Source: Candidatus Sumerlaeaceae bacterium
GTDB lineage: Bacteria; Sumerlaeota; Sumerlaeia; Sumerlaeales; Sumerlaeaceae
Assembly (NCBI GenBank): GCA_051003195.1
Contig: JBPCLP010000041.1
Coordinates: forward strand, 1,997 to 65,996
Length of the DNA stretch: 64,000 nucleotides
Direction of reading: 5' to 3'
Position numbers and translations under genes: made by a program. A model generated the notes under the pieces. That model saw only the letters and a program-made list of their open reading frames with translations. It made no database searches and had not been told where the DNA came from. Of the stretch, positions 39,116 through 49,063 are shown piece after piece; position 1 is the first letter of the stretch; each line of letters starts with the position of its first letter.

Positions 39116-40171
39116 TCAGTGAATTGAACGGATTGCCGCGCTGACTTCCGGATTCACGGACTCCCGGGGCCGACTTGCAATCTCCTGCAGAAATTTCGCG
39201 GCGTCTTCCGGCGGAGTCGGGTTGATGTAGAACCCGCTGCCCCATTCAAAACCAGCCACCTTGGTGAGCTTTGGAATCACCTCGATATGCCAATGATAAT
39301 AGGGCACAGTCCCGACCTCGTCCAACGGGGTACTATGGACAACAAAATTATACGCCGGGTCGTCGAGGCTTTCCTTAAGCAAACCGAAAACCGTGCGCAC
39401 CATGCGCGAGAGCTCCACCACCTGGTTCTTCTGGATATCGTGGAAGAAGCACGAGTGCTCCTTGGGTATGATCCATGTTTCGAACGGGAAGCGGCTGGCA
39501 AACGGCATAAAGCTGAGAAATGAGTCGTTTTCCGAGACGATTCGGCTGTTGTCGGTCAGCTCCTGGCTAATCATGTCGCAAAAGACACAGCGGTCCTTGT
39601 AATCGAAGTACTTTTGCGCGCCGGACATTTCTTCCTGCACGCGTTTGGGCACAATTGGTAAAGCGATAATCTGACAGTGCGGGTGTTCCAGCGACGCCCC
39701 GGCTTCCCGGCCCCAGTTTTTGAACACCAGGATGTAGCGCATGCGGGAATCTTTTTTCAATTCCACGCACCGGTCGCGCATGGCCCAGATGATCTCCTGC
39801 ACCTGGTCATCTGCCAGGTCAGCAAAAGTATGGTCGTGATCGGGCGACTCAATCAGCACTTCGTGCGCGCCGTAGCCTGTAATGCGGTCGTACATGCCTT
39901 CGCCCGAACGCGTGAGGGCGCCTTCCTGCTTCAACGCGGGGAACTTGTTTGGAACCGTGCGGAGCCACCAGCCTTCGGTGTCCTTTGCCGTGCTGGTGGG
40001 CCGATAGCTGAGCACTTCGGGAGGGGTGCTTCGCTCGTTGCCGGGGCAGAAAGGGCAGAATCCGCCTTTACGCTCCTCCGTGAGCTTTGCATACTGGGCA
40101 GGGCGCTTTGCACGTTCGGTTGCGATAATTACCCATCGCCCGGTAACGGGATCTTTGCGCAGCTCTGGCAT
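39116..40171 (-). CDS. galT: Galactose-1-phosphate uridylyltransferase
   Basis: ELRKDPV, CPFCPGNE, NKFPAL, HEVLIE, GASLEHPHCQ, AGFEWGSG..INP. Confidence 0.9.
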   Translation of the reverse strand: MPELRKDPVTGRWVIIATERAKRPAQYAKLTEERKGGFCPFCPGNERSTPPEVLSYRPTSTAKDTEGWWLRTVPNKFPALKQEGALTRSGEGMYDRITGYGAHEVLIESPDHDHTFADLADDQVQEIIWAMRDRCVELKKDSRMRYILVFKNWGREAGASLEHPHCQIIALPIVPKRVQEEMSGAQKYFDYKDRCVFCDMISQELTDNSRIVSENDSFLSFMPFASRFPFETWIIPKEHSCFFHDIQKNQVVELSRMVRTVFGLLKESLDDPAYNFVVHSTPLDEVGTVPYYHWHIEVIPKLTKVAGFEWGSGFYINPTPPEDAAKFLQEIASRPRESVNPEVSAAIRSIH

Positions 40172-40279
40172 TACATCAATTCTCCGAAACGCATATTAGG
40201 CAGTTACCGAATCTTTAACAGGTAGTATATGGCCATCTGGCTATTTAACTGCAGGTGCGATTTCGGCTCAAATAGAATT

Positions 40280-41635
40280 TTATTCTTTCCCAAGGTCAAG
40301 CTTGGCGGGAGTGCCCTTCTCAGCAGGGGCGGTTCGTACACTTCCGGTCGTGGTTGCATTTTGCTCAGCGCCTCCCAGTCGGACAGGTGGCGCCTTCCCA
40401 GCGACTGGCAAGCCGGCGGGTGGCGTAGTAAGGCTCTTCGCCTCGACGACGTAGCGTGTAATTTCCGGGACAGTCGGTATCGTTTGCAGAATTTCTATGA
40501 ACTGGTTGGAAGCGGCGACGACTTTCTTGTCACTCGCCGAAAAAGTGAGAAGTCCCGTTTGTCTACCTTCGAAGCCTCCGCTCACCAGCTTGGTGCCGTT
40601 TACGTCCAGGATATTTGCCTGCCCCGTCAGGAACTCCCCGCTGATCGCTATATCGACCTTTGCCTCTGCGGGTAAATCCTTGAGAAGTTCGGACGCTTTA
40701 TCGCGTCGGTCATACACAAGAGCCACCACCAGGTCGGCCTTCTGTCTTGCCTCGGGTATATATTTCAGCAGAGCCTCACCGGGGTCGGTAATGGAGAAAG
40801 ACGCGCCCGAATCATTCTGTCCGGCCCCAGCAACGGGAGTAGCAACCGTTCCGCTGGTAGTTTTAGTTTTGGCTACGGGAACCCGCGGGCGCGTGACACC
40901 CACAAAAGCGACCTTTACTTCGCCTGCAGTGGTTTTGACGGACTCTACGTAGTACGGATCAAAGAGAAGCTTTCCGGAAGTGTCCGCCACATTCGCGGAG
41001 ATTAGCTTTATCTTTGCTGTCTCAGCTGCCGATTTAATCTTGTCGACGCCACCGCTGATATCCGTGAAGCCCACGTTGGCTGCCGTTGCGCCCATCGCAT
41101 GTAAGGCCTGCAGCAGGATTCGCGTCCTACCAAGGTCCGTATCGGTCGGGTTGTCCCGCACATAACCACCGGCATCGGCAACCAGCACGGGAATCCCAAG
41201 GTCTTTCATCCGGTGCAGCACGCGAGCTTCCTTATCAAGCCCGCCGAGCTGGTGGCTTACACAACCGCAAGGATCCAGCTGCGACCGGCGGAAGCCATTG
41301 TACGACAATGCAATCACATCCGAGGTCTGGGAAAGGATATTGCGCGGAAGCACGTGGTCATCCAGCTGCGCCTGCGTCATCGTGGTTGCTGCGGGACGCG
41401 GAGCCGGCGTGGCCGGAAACGCAACCTGGGGCTTAACTCCAGCGGTCATTGTCGTGGTGACGGTAAGTCCCCCGGTCGCCACGTTCTGCGGTTGCAGCTC
41501 TTTGACAGCAAATGCAGAGGTACTGGTGGTAATACCAGTGGAGGTGCCGGTCGGCGGTCTAGACGTCTGTGCATGGGCAACAAAGGTAAGCGTACCTAGT
41601 AGAACCGCAGCAACATTGTGGATTGATTTCATCAA
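40280..41635 (-). CDS. Exported UshA/5'-nucleotidase-like fold protein with PCGC motif
   Basis: Signal peptide, LDPCGC...LGGL, VLVADAGG, ISANV, PYYV..KVAFVGV, ADLVVAL. Canonical DxH and GNHE motifs are not present. Confidence 0.65.
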   Translation of the reverse strand: MMKSIHNVAAVLLGTLTFVAHAQTSRPPTGTSTGITTSTSAFAVKELQPQNVATGGLTVTTTMTAGVKPQVAFPATPAPRPAATTMTQAQLDDHVLPRNILSQTSDVIALSYNGFRRSQLDPCGCVSHQLGGLDKEARVLHRMKDLGIPVLVADAGGYVRDNPTDTDLGRTRILLQALHAMGATAANVGFTDISGGVDKIKSAAETAKIKLISANVADTSGKLLFDPYYVESVKTTAGEVKVAFVGVTRPRVPVAKTKTTSGTVATPVAGAGQNDSGASFSITDPGEALLKYIPEARQKADLVVALVYDRRDKASELLKDLPAEAKVDIAISGEFLTGQANILDVNGTKLVSGGFEGRQTGLLTFSASDKKVVAASNQFIEILQTIPTVPEITRYVVEAKSLTTPPAGLPVAGKAPPVRLGGAEQNATTTGSVRTAPAEKGTPAKLDLGKE

Positions 41636-41690
41636 CTTTACATCCTGGATTGGTAAAAATATGAACCTGCGCTAAGCTGCGTTCTATTAC

Positions 41691-43094
41691 GTGTCAAATG
41701 CCAAGGTCTTCAATGTACTCGAAGAAAGCGGGCTATTGAGAAACAAGTACCTGTGCGCGTTTTTGGCACGTGATAATACCAGCGTAGCATTGCTTCTTCT
41801 TCTTGTCGCAGCTTTCAGCTTTGTACTGAGGCCAAGCATTCGTGGACACGATGGCGTTCTGAACTACGCTTATCTTCGCTCTGTGCTGATAGATCGCGAT
41901 CTGGACTTCACCAACGACTACCATTACTACCTGAGCCGGGAGTCGGATTGGTTCGATAACCAGCAGCTGCCGCGCGACCCTGTTACGAATCGCCCGATCA
42001 ACTTATACGGCGTTGGCAGCTCCATCCTGTGGTCGCCATGGGTTTTGGCTGCTCATGCTTATTGCAGGCTCAGCAGCAGTCGGCGTGATGCGTGGCAAGC
42101 GGATGGTTTTTCATTCCCTTACGAAGCGGCCGTTGGGCTCGGCTCGTGCTTTTACGCCAGCGTAGGACTGCTGTTTTTGCACCTCGTGCTGCGGCGGCGC
42201 TTTGGCAGAAGAACGGCGTTCTGGACATGCATATCCATATGGCTGGCAACGCCGCTGTTCTTTTACACGTATCTGCATCCATCCATGAGCCACGCGAACT
42301 CGTTCTTCCTTGCGGCGCTGCTATTATGGCTTTATACCAACGGCGATGGCATAGGTCGCTGGATCTCAATGGGCGCCGCGGCAGGCCTTCTGTCGGCGAC
42401 CCGGTTTCAGGATGCCGCTCTCCTCGCGGGTATCGCCGCGGGAGAAGGATGGAGAATTCTTCATGCGCGAATAGATGGGGATTTTATCCGCTCCCGGGCC
42501 ATTCGCTACATTTTGGCAACTGCCGCAGCACTAATCATGTTTTCGCCACAGTTTGTTGCATGGCACTATCTTCAGGGAAGTGCTTTGAGCGGCCCGCGTG
42601 CGTACCTGATGCAGGGCAGTGTACGGCTATGGGCCCCGGTTCACGCTGTGGAGGTCATGTTCAGCCCAAGACATGGGGTGTTCTATTGGCATCCGATGCT
42701 GTTGCTTGGGCTCCTCGGCCTGTTCGTTGGACGACGCCTCCCCCGGTTGCGGCTGATTTGCCTGGTGATGTTCACGGCAGAACTCTGGGTGGTGTCGTGC
42801 TGGAGCCTTTGGTGGGCGGGGGCCAGTTTCGGGCATCGCTTATTTATCAGCGCACTACCAGCGCTGGCTCTCGGCATTGCGTCATTTATTCCAAGATGGC
42901 GAGTCACGCGCTCATTGACGCCTGCAGTTGTGATTATACTGGTAGTCTGGAACTTCGGATATGTGGTCCAGTATGGCTCCGGCATGATTAGTCGCCAGGC
43001 AGCCGTCGGCATTCGCGAACTCGCTTACAACAATGTGATCCGCGTGCCTAAGCTCCTGCTGGGTATAAATCTAAACGCGGACGGGAAGAAATAG
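41691..43094 (+). CDS. Multi-TM GT-C-like glycosyltransferase (putative)
   Basis: DG..YAYLRS..D.DLDF, TPLFFY....MSH, FSPRHG.FYWHP, W.W.AG..FG.R; many TM segments. Confidence 0.7.
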   Translation: MSNAKVFNVLEESGLLRNKYLCAFLARDNTSVALLLLLVAAFSFVLRPSIRGHDGVLNYAYLRSVLIDRDLDFTNDYHYYLSRESDWFDNQQLPRDPVTNRPINLYGVGSSILWSPWVLAAHAYCRLSSSRRDAWQADGFSFPYEAAVGLGSCFYASVGLLFLHLVLRRRFGRRTAFWTCISIWLATPLFFYTYLHPSMSHANSFFLAALLLWLYTNGDGIGRWISMGAAAGLLSATRFQDAALLAGIAAGEGWRILHARIDGDFIRSRAIRYILATAAALIMFSPQFVAWHYLQGSALSGPRAYLMQGSVRLWAPVHAVEVMFSPRHGVFYWHPMLLLGLLGLFVGRRLPRLRLICLVMFTAELWVVSCWSLWWAGASFGHRLFISALPALALGIASFIPRWRVTRSLTPAVVIILVVWNFGYVVQYGSGMISRQAAVGIRELAYNNVIRVPKLLLGINLNADGKK

Positions 43095-43178
43095 AAACGC
43101 CGGGCATAGAACTTCCTTTAGCGCATGGGGTTACTGTTTATCAGCGGCCAGCATCAGCTCAATTTTGGGGGAATGTGA

Positions 43179-44147
43179 TTGCATCAACCCACTGCAAAAG
43201 TTCGTCGCGCCCGCGGCATAAACAGTGCAGGCTACCGTTGCCCGCGCTTTAATCTCGAGGATGGCCGGCTCGCCTGGCTTAAATCACTCCGTTCGGCGGG
43301 GTCGCGGGTCACCGCATTGGCTCTGACTTCGGTTCCTCGTGCACGGGGGGCGTACTCCGACTTTGTACCGCGCCGCGTCCTCATCTCCCGTTTCGAAGTA
43401 CCCGTACTTGGTCTTCCCGCGGAGTTGGACCATCTGCGTGTCGTTCAACTTTCCGATATTCATCATGGTCCCTGGCTTCCAATTGAAGTGGTTCAGAGTA
43501 TCGTTGAACACACAAACAAGCTGCATCCGGATATTGTCGCGCTCACTGGCGACTACGTTGTAAATTCGCCCCGCTACATTGACCCGGTGGCGGATGCTCT
43601 TGGCCACCTGCGGCCTCGCATCGGTTCTCTTGCTGTGCTGGGAAACCACGACTGGTGGGAGGGAGCGGAGGAAATTCGCAATGCATTGAGCAACGTGGGC
43701 ATACCGCTCATTGATAACCACCGCTGCTTCGTAACTCCTGAACGGCAGCTTGTGGAGGAGGCAACGGCGGGGCTTTGCATAGCCGGCGTAGGCGACGCCT
43801 GGGAGGATCATGTGGACTTCGCGTCGGCATTTGCGGGCGTTCCCGATCACATGCCGAGAATGGTGCTCTCGCATAATCCCGATTGCGCAGAAGACGTCCA
43901 CCTGTTGCGCGATTCACATCGGATAGACCTGATGCTGGCCGGACACACGCATGGCGGACAGGTATGTTTCCCACGCAAAAAAACTCCGATGCTGCCCGCC
44001 ATGCGAAAACAAAAGTACGGTAAGGGAATGGTCATGGGCCCCTCATGCCCGGTGTTTATTTCGCGTGGCATCGGCACAGCCGGCGTCCCGGTACGAATGG
44101 GAGCTCCGCCTGAAATCGCCGTGTTTACTTTAAGAGTATCAAAATAA
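43179..44147 (+). CDS. Calcineurin-like metallophosphoesterase (YkuE/YaeI-like)
   Basis: LSDIH, LTGDY, LGNHD, LSHNPD, AGHTHGGQ, SRGIG..R...PPEI. Confidence 0.9.
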   Translation: MHQPTAKVRRARGINSAGYRCPRFNLEDGRLAWLKSLRSAGSRVTALALTSVPRARGAYSDFVPRRVLISRFEVPVLGLPAELDHLRVVQLSDIHHGPWLPIEVVQSIVEHTNKLHPDIVALTGDYVVNSPRYIDPVADALGHLRPRIGSLAVLGNHDWWEGAEEIRNALSNVGIPLIDNHRCFVTPERQLVEEATAGLCIAGVGDAWEDHVDFASAFAGVPDHMPRMVLSHNPDCAEDVHLLRDSHRIDLMLAGHTHGGQVCFPRKKTPMLPAMRKQKYGKGMVMGPSCPVFISRGIGTAGVPVRMGAPPEIAVFTLRVSK

Positions 44148-44176
44148 TGGGCGGAACCACAACGGTCGAACGCGCT

Positions 44177-45115
44177 TCAGTTACCTTCTTTGCGCATCTG
44201 ATCGATCGCATATAGCACCGCGCCCTCAACTGGTTCTCTTCGAGGCTGAACCACACTTATCCCTGCCAGTCGCCTGGCGATCGCCTTTTGGAATAACTGA
44301 AAGAACGATTCGTTTTTGCGAAGGTTTCCGCCAGCGACGATAATTTCCCAATCCTTCTCGTCGCGTGAGAACAGCTTTTTTGCCACTGCGCTCGCTGCGA
44401 TAGCAAGCTCTTCAGCTTCCTCGTTAAGGATCGTTGCCGCCGTACCGTCACCTGACTCATGCGCCAGGTGAACGAGTCTGCTCAGTGCCGCGATCTTGTC
44501 CTTGGCACCTTGAATCTCCTTCGTCCATCCGAGCAACTGTTCGGCACGGTCGAAGCCGAAATGATCCAGGATGATACGAGAAAGCGCTGTGGGCGGCATA
44601 CGTCCGTCGTGAGAGCGGCACACCGCGCGCAACGCACGCAGCGCCACCTGGTACCCGCTGCCCTCATCTCCCAGGATATGTCCCCACCCGCCGGCGCGTG
44701 CGCGTTCACCGGCACGATTGATTCCAAATGCGATGCTGCCCGTGCCTGAAATCACAATGATTCCGAATGGCTTCAGTGCGCCACCCATGAGGGCGATAAT
44801 GCCGTCATTGACGGGCGAACATTGCGCGTTCGGCAGAAACTCGCCAACGAGTCCCTGTATGAGCGGTCGATCTTCGGGCCGGTCCACGCCGGCCATCCCA
44901 AGGCAGATCGCTCGCACATCGTCTGCCCTGGCGCCTGCCGCTTGCAGCAGATTCGAAATTAAATCGCCAAGATTGGCACGAACAACATCAATAGGGTTGG
45001 AATGATGGTTTGTCGAACCGACTTCATATTGGGCGATTACAGCCCCGTCTTCACGTGAGATTGCGCCAAGTGTTTTGGTGCCGCCGCCATCTACACCAAT
45101 GATAAAATTGACCAT
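44177..45115 (-). CDS. BadF/BadG-type sugar kinase (GlcNAc/MurNAc kinase-like)
   Basis: GVDGGGTKT, GMAGVD, ND, ISGTGS, RAGGWGHILGDEGSGY. Confidence 0.88.
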   Translation of the reverse strand: MVNFIIGVDGGGTKTLGAISREDGAVIAQYEVGSTNHHSNPIDVVRANLGDLISNLLQAAGARADDVRAICLGMAGVDRPEDRPLIQGLVGEFLPNAQCSPVNDGIIALMGGALKPFGIIVISGTGSIAFGINRAGERARAGGWGHILGDEGSGYQVALRALRAVCRSHDGRMPPTALSRIILDHFGFDRAEQLLGWTKEIQGAKDKIAALSRLVHLAHESGDGTAATILNEEAEELAIAASAVAKKLFSRDEKDWEIIVAGGNLRKNESFFQLFQKAIARRLAGISVVQPRREPVEGAVLYAIDQMRKEGN

Positions 45116-45179
45116 CGTTTACCTTACATAACCGACTTGGATACGCGCATCCGGCAACATGGCATGGGTGCGTGCGCAT

Positions 45180-45279
45180 CCAGTGTGGTCTACCGTTAGT
45201 TCGTAATCAGTTCTGTGTGCCCAATCGAGGGTAAGTTTGCCCTTTGGCCTGGTAATGAACCACCGGTTCCGCACACCAG
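45180..45279. mobile_element. ~100-bp MITE-like repeat, copy 4
   Basis: CCAG-TGTGGTCTACCGTTAGTTCG...GTTCTGTGTGCCCAATC...GGTTCCGCACA-CCAG; closest to copy 2. Confidence 0.8.
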
Positions 45280-45291
45280 GATCATTACTCG

Positions 45292-45391
45292 CTAGTGTGC
45301 CGTCCCAGAAGTTCATAACTATATTTCAGTAAGCTTTTGAGCTCGGACGGCACACAAAACCAGTGAACGAATTAATGGCACACCACACTAG
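45292..45391. mobile_element. ~100-bp MITE-like repeat, copy 5 (inverted relative to copy 4)
   Basis: CTAG-TGTGCCGTCC...GGACGGCACACAAAAC...CGAATTAATGGCACACCACA-CTAG. Confidence 0.75.
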
Positions 45392-45396
45392 TTGTT

Positions 45397-46248
45397 TCAG
45401 AAGCCAAACAGGTTTTTCTGGGTCACGCCCGCCGGCGGAGTGAAATTGAAACGGCTCTCCGTCACCGGCGAGTTCACCTGCACGTTCTTTAATGAAATGA
45501 CCAAGTCCTTTTCATCCGGAATGCTGATGCGGCGCGGAATCCCATCTTTCTTGGAAATCCAGAATCGCATTTTCACGGGATCCACACCGGCCAGCTTCAG
45601 CTTGTCTGGAGATTTGCCTTCCAGCACCCAGCACGATTCGCCGTCCACGTCCTGTGAGCCCTTGTTCTTGATGGTCTCCGTGTCCATTGCAGCAAAGACG
45701 TTCATCTTCATGGCTGCGTCGACGAACCCACTGATAAAAGGAAGCGAAGTCGGGATATACTGAGCTTCCCTGGCTTTGTGATCGTACACCCATAACGTCT
45801 GATTGTTGGCGACGTATTCGTCCGTTTCATCTTTGTGCGTCAGGGAAACGCGCGCTCCCTGGGACCGGCTGATTTCCATGGGGCCGGACTTTACGGTGCG
45901 CTTCGGAGCACGGGGAGCTGTCCCGGTTTTTTCGGCCTTCTTTTTGGCCTTCTCTTTGGTTTCTTTCACTTTCGACATGGAAAGCTCCGCGGTCAGCGTA
46001 CGGACCTGGTCGACATTCGACTGAATTTGCTGAAGCACGGCTTGAACGGTTTCATCAGCCGCCTTTCGCTGATGCTCACCCAGGCTCGTATCGGCAGAAG
46101 GTGTCGGTTTACTCACGCTCACGTTGGTTTCGCGGGGAGCCGGCTGCTGCGCGTTTGCAAACTGCAGCACGCCGGCAATCATGGCGCCGCAAATAAAGCA
46201 GCTTAATAGTCTCGGAATGTTAAGAGGAGCAGCAGAGCCGCGAATCAC
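45397..46248 (-). CDS. LolA-like outer-membrane lipoprotein carrier/sorting family protein
   Basis: YVANNQTLWVYD, MRFWISKKDGIP, LKNVQVN..V.ESRFNFTPPAGV. GTG start overlaps the ferredoxin stop (alternative ATG 46182). Confidence 0.72.
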   Translation of the reverse strand: MIRGSAAPLNIPRLLSCFICGAMIAGVLQFANAQQPAPRETNVSVSKPTPSADTSLGEHQRKAADETVQAVLQQIQSNVDQVRTLTAELSMSKVKETKEKAKKKAEKTGTAPRAPKRTVKSGPMEISRSQGARVSLTHKDETDEYVANNQTLWVYDHKAREAQYIPTSLPFISGFVDAAMKMNVFAAMDTETIKNKGSQDVDGESCWVLEGKSPDKLKLAGVDPVKMRFWISKKDGIPRRISIPDEKDLVISLKNVQVNSPVTESRFNFTPPAGVTQKNLFGF

Positions 46249-46478
46249 GGACCGTCGTTGCCAATCGCTTCTACTGGGCAGCCCTCCAACGCCTCCTGGC
46301 ACAGCTGTGCCTCCTGCTCGTTTTCAGGCTGTTTGAACAGGAAGGAGTAGCCACCCTCATCATTGCGCGCAAAGTTATCAGGAGCAATCTGCCGGCATGC
46401 GTCGCAATCGATGCACGTGTTGTCCACGTAGAACTGACCATCGGCGTTATCTGGATACTTTTGAGTTTTATCTGCCAT
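46245..46478 (-). CDS. Single-cluster ferredoxin
   Basis: FYVDNTCIDCDACRQIAP..F, EALEGCPVEAIG. Confidence 0.92.
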   Translation of the reverse strand: MADKTQKYPDNADGQFYVDNTCIDCDACRQIAPDNFARNDEGGYSFLFKQPENEQEAQLCQEALEGCPVEAIGNDGP

Positions 46479-46560
46479 TGTTAAAAAATCTCCATCCTGC
46501 AGCTGTTAAGTCGTTACCATTCAGAGCACAAAGCAAGCCACACCGCTCCGGCAGCCAGCC

Positions 46561-47436
46561 CTATTTTTGCACTTTGAGTGCGGGAAGCCGGTTCAAAGCA
46601 GAGTTTGCCATGTTGGCATACGACAATTTCTGCAGAGTCTTCACTTCATCCACCTGCCCAGGCGTCAGCACCTGCTCACCTTCCGCTGTTGTCACGGGTT
46701 TCGAGTCTGTGCTGACAGGGGCTGGCTCGACTTTTCGTTCCTGCGCGACTGCCTGGTATAACTTCTCAGCTTCGCCCTGCCGATTCTCAAGCGCCTGGTA
46801 CATGTTCGCCAGCCCGAGTTTCGCCTGTGCATCGAGGTAAGTTCCCTTCGCGAGATCGGATGCCTGTTTAAAAGCATTTTCCGCGTCGCGCGTGAGTTTC
46901 TGGTCCTGTGTAATAAACAACTGATCCTGCAAAACATGTGCTAGGGCGATGTTGCCGACGGCCTTCTCCTGAGGCTCCCTGGCGATGGTAATGTATTTCT
47001 GGTATGCGTCCCGTGCATTGTTGAGCGCGGTCGACTGTTGCCCAGCCTGCAAGGAAGCCAGCTCATAGTGGGCATTGCCTAAAAGCAGCTGTGCCTGCCG
47101 GCCAACAAACGTAGAGGGGTAGTTCTTAATTGCATTGTCGGCAGCCGTTATGGCGGCATTCAGTGCATCACGGCGCTTTGCATCATCCGGTGCAGCCTGC
47201 GCGGTTCCCAGCTGTTCCAATACAGCGGCATAGGCGCGGCTGGCCTTTGCCTGCTGGCCCTGGTGAATCCATCGATAAACCGTCCAGCCAAGTGCCACGA
47301 TGATAAAGGCGGCGAGTAAAATGTTTACCAGCTTGGCGTTCGTATCGAACCAAAGCGTAGTACGTTCACCGAAATCCAAATCGTCTTGTACTGTAAGCGC
47401 TACATCTTCAGCTGCGGGCCGTGTTACGGATGCCAA
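46561..47436 (-). CDS. Membrane-anchored TPR protein (YfgM-like)
   Basis: N-terminal TM helix, QQAKASRAY, YPST..AQLLLG..Y, AKLGLA. Probable TTG start after AGGTGGAG. Confidence 0.72.
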   Translation of the reverse strand: MASVTRPAAEDVALTVQDDLDFGERTTLWFDTNAKLVNILLAAFIIVALGWTVYRWIHQGQQAKASRAYAAVLEQLGTAQAAPDDAKRRDALNAAITAADNAIKNYPSTFVGRQAQLLLGNAHYELASLQAGQQSTALNNARDAYQKYITIAREPQEKAVGNIALAHVLQDQLFITQDQKLTRDAENAFKQASDLAKGTYLDAQAKLGLANMYQALENRQGEAEKLYQAVAQERKVEPAPVSTDSKPVTTAEGEQVLTPGQVDEVKTLQKLSYANMANSALNRLPALKVQK

Positions 47437-47707
47437 TATGTTCACTCCACCTGGATTAAACGCGCAACTAAGTGCATCGTCCCGAATGCGGTCAAGCAAA
47501 CTCTTGGCCGACACGGATGCGTTCGCTAGCTTCTATATCTGCTGTGCCGCAGGATTCATAATTTGAGTTTGTTCGTGTGTTAAATGCAAACACGGTAGCA
47601 AACCATGAGAAAGTGCTTGAAGGACCAGCACGCTGCAGGAATCACCGTCGGGTTCACTTCAAGGTGACTGATGTAAGTCGCTTTGTTACAGTTATCAGGA
47701 GGTACGG

Positions 47708-48979
47708 ATGCCGTCGTCGCTCGACTCAACGTCGATCACAAAACTCATTCTCGAAGCGAAAGATCATGCGTACCGGGAAATGGGTGCCGTAGACGTTGCG
47801 CCGCCGCCGGCCTCCGTACAGTGGCCCGTAGCGTGCGAGGTAAAGCCCGGGCTTGAAGGTGCGGTCGCTGCCGAATCGAAGATCGGATTTGTGGACGGCC
47901 AGCGCGGAGCACTGGTTTACCGCGGGTACGATATTTTTGACCTCTGTGCGCACTCGAATTTTGAAGAAGTAAGCTACCTCCTCATTCATGGGGCACTGCC
48001 TGACGCCGCACAACTGAAGGCATTTACAGAGGATCTCAGGTCCCGCCAGCAGGTACTTCCCGTTACAGCCAAGCTGCTGAGGGAACTGCCGGTGAATAGC
48101 CTCCACCCCATGAAATTGCTGGAAGCTTCGGTAATCGGTGCCCATGCAACCGACGCCAAAGACAGAGGTGATGCCGCCGGCGAGGCCATTGACGAAATGC
48201 AGGCTGCCTACCGGTTAATCGCGCAAATGATGACATGTACCGGCATGGTCGCGCGGCTACGGCAGGGAAAAGACTTTGTGGATCCTGACCCTAATCTCAG
48301 CCATGCAGCTAACCTGGTTTACGCGCTGACCGGTAAAAAGCCCGATGATGCAACAACGCGGATCATGGATGTGTGCCTGATTCTGCACGCCGACCATGGT
48401 ATGAATGCGTCCACGTTCACCGCAATGGTGGTTACGTCGACTTTGTCGGATCTCTATTTTGCTGTCAGCGGGGGACTGGCCAGCCTCAAGGGCCCCCTGC
48501 ACGGCGGTGCAAATGAAGCAGTATTGTATGACCTTGAAGAGATTGGTTCTCCCGATAAAGTTGACGAGTGGTTCAACACGGCGCGCGAACGGAAGCGCAA
48601 AGTCATGGGCATGGGGCATCGCGTATATAAAGCCTATGACCCACGCGCGCGCGTTTTGAAGCCACTGGCTCGGCTTTTCGCCAGCCGTGAACCGAAAGTA
48701 GACGCCCTTTTCGATACCGCTGAAAAGCTGGAAGCGGTCGTCCTGGAAGAGATGGGGCGTGAGAAGAAGATTTTCCCCAATGTGGACTTCTATTCCGGCC
48801 TGGTCTACAAGGCGGTAGGAATTGAAACGGCGATGTTCACGCCTCTGTTCGCGGTTTCACGCGTCTCCGGTTGGGTAGCGCGCTGCCTGGAATATCGCCA
48901 GAACAATCGCATTTTCCGTCCACGCGGAATCTACACCGGCGAAATAAACCGGGAGTACGTACCAGTCACCGATCGCTAA
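47708..48979 (+). CDS. gltA: Citrate synthase
   Basis: PGLEG, LVYRGY, HADHGMNASTF, GPLHGGANE, MGMGHRVYK.YDPRA, PNVDFYSG. Confidence 0.92.
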   Translation: MPSSLDSTSITKLILEAKDHAYREMGAVDVAPPPASVQWPVACEVKPGLEGAVAAESKIGFVDGQRGALVYRGYDIFDLCAHSNFEEVSYLLIHGALPDAAQLKAFTEDLRSRQQVLPVTAKLLRELPVNSLHPMKLLEASVIGAHATDAKDRGDAAGEAIDEMQAAYRLIAQMMTCTGMVARLRQGKDFVDPDPNLSHAANLVYALTGKKPDDATTRIMDVCLILHADHGMNASTFTAMVVTSTLSDLYFAVSGGLASLKGPLHGGANEAVLYDLEEIGSPDKVDEWFNTARERKRKVMGMGHRVYKAYDPRARVLKPLARLFASREPKVDALFDTAEKLEAVVLEEMGREKKIFPNVDFYSGLVYKAVGIETAMFTPLFAVSRVSGWVARCLEYRQNNRIFRPRGIYTGEINREYVPVTDR

Positions 48980-49063
48980 GCTTGCCTTGAAATCGCCAAC
49001 GCCGAACGACCCATTAGAGTAGCGAGCGCTGTGCAACAAACCTGGTATCATCGCCTTGCTGTC

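Noticed and set aside
42092-42991. 299-aa alternate-frame ORF inside the membrane glycosyltransferase
   Set aside because: Arg/Ala/Cys-rich off-frame composition with no domain signal.
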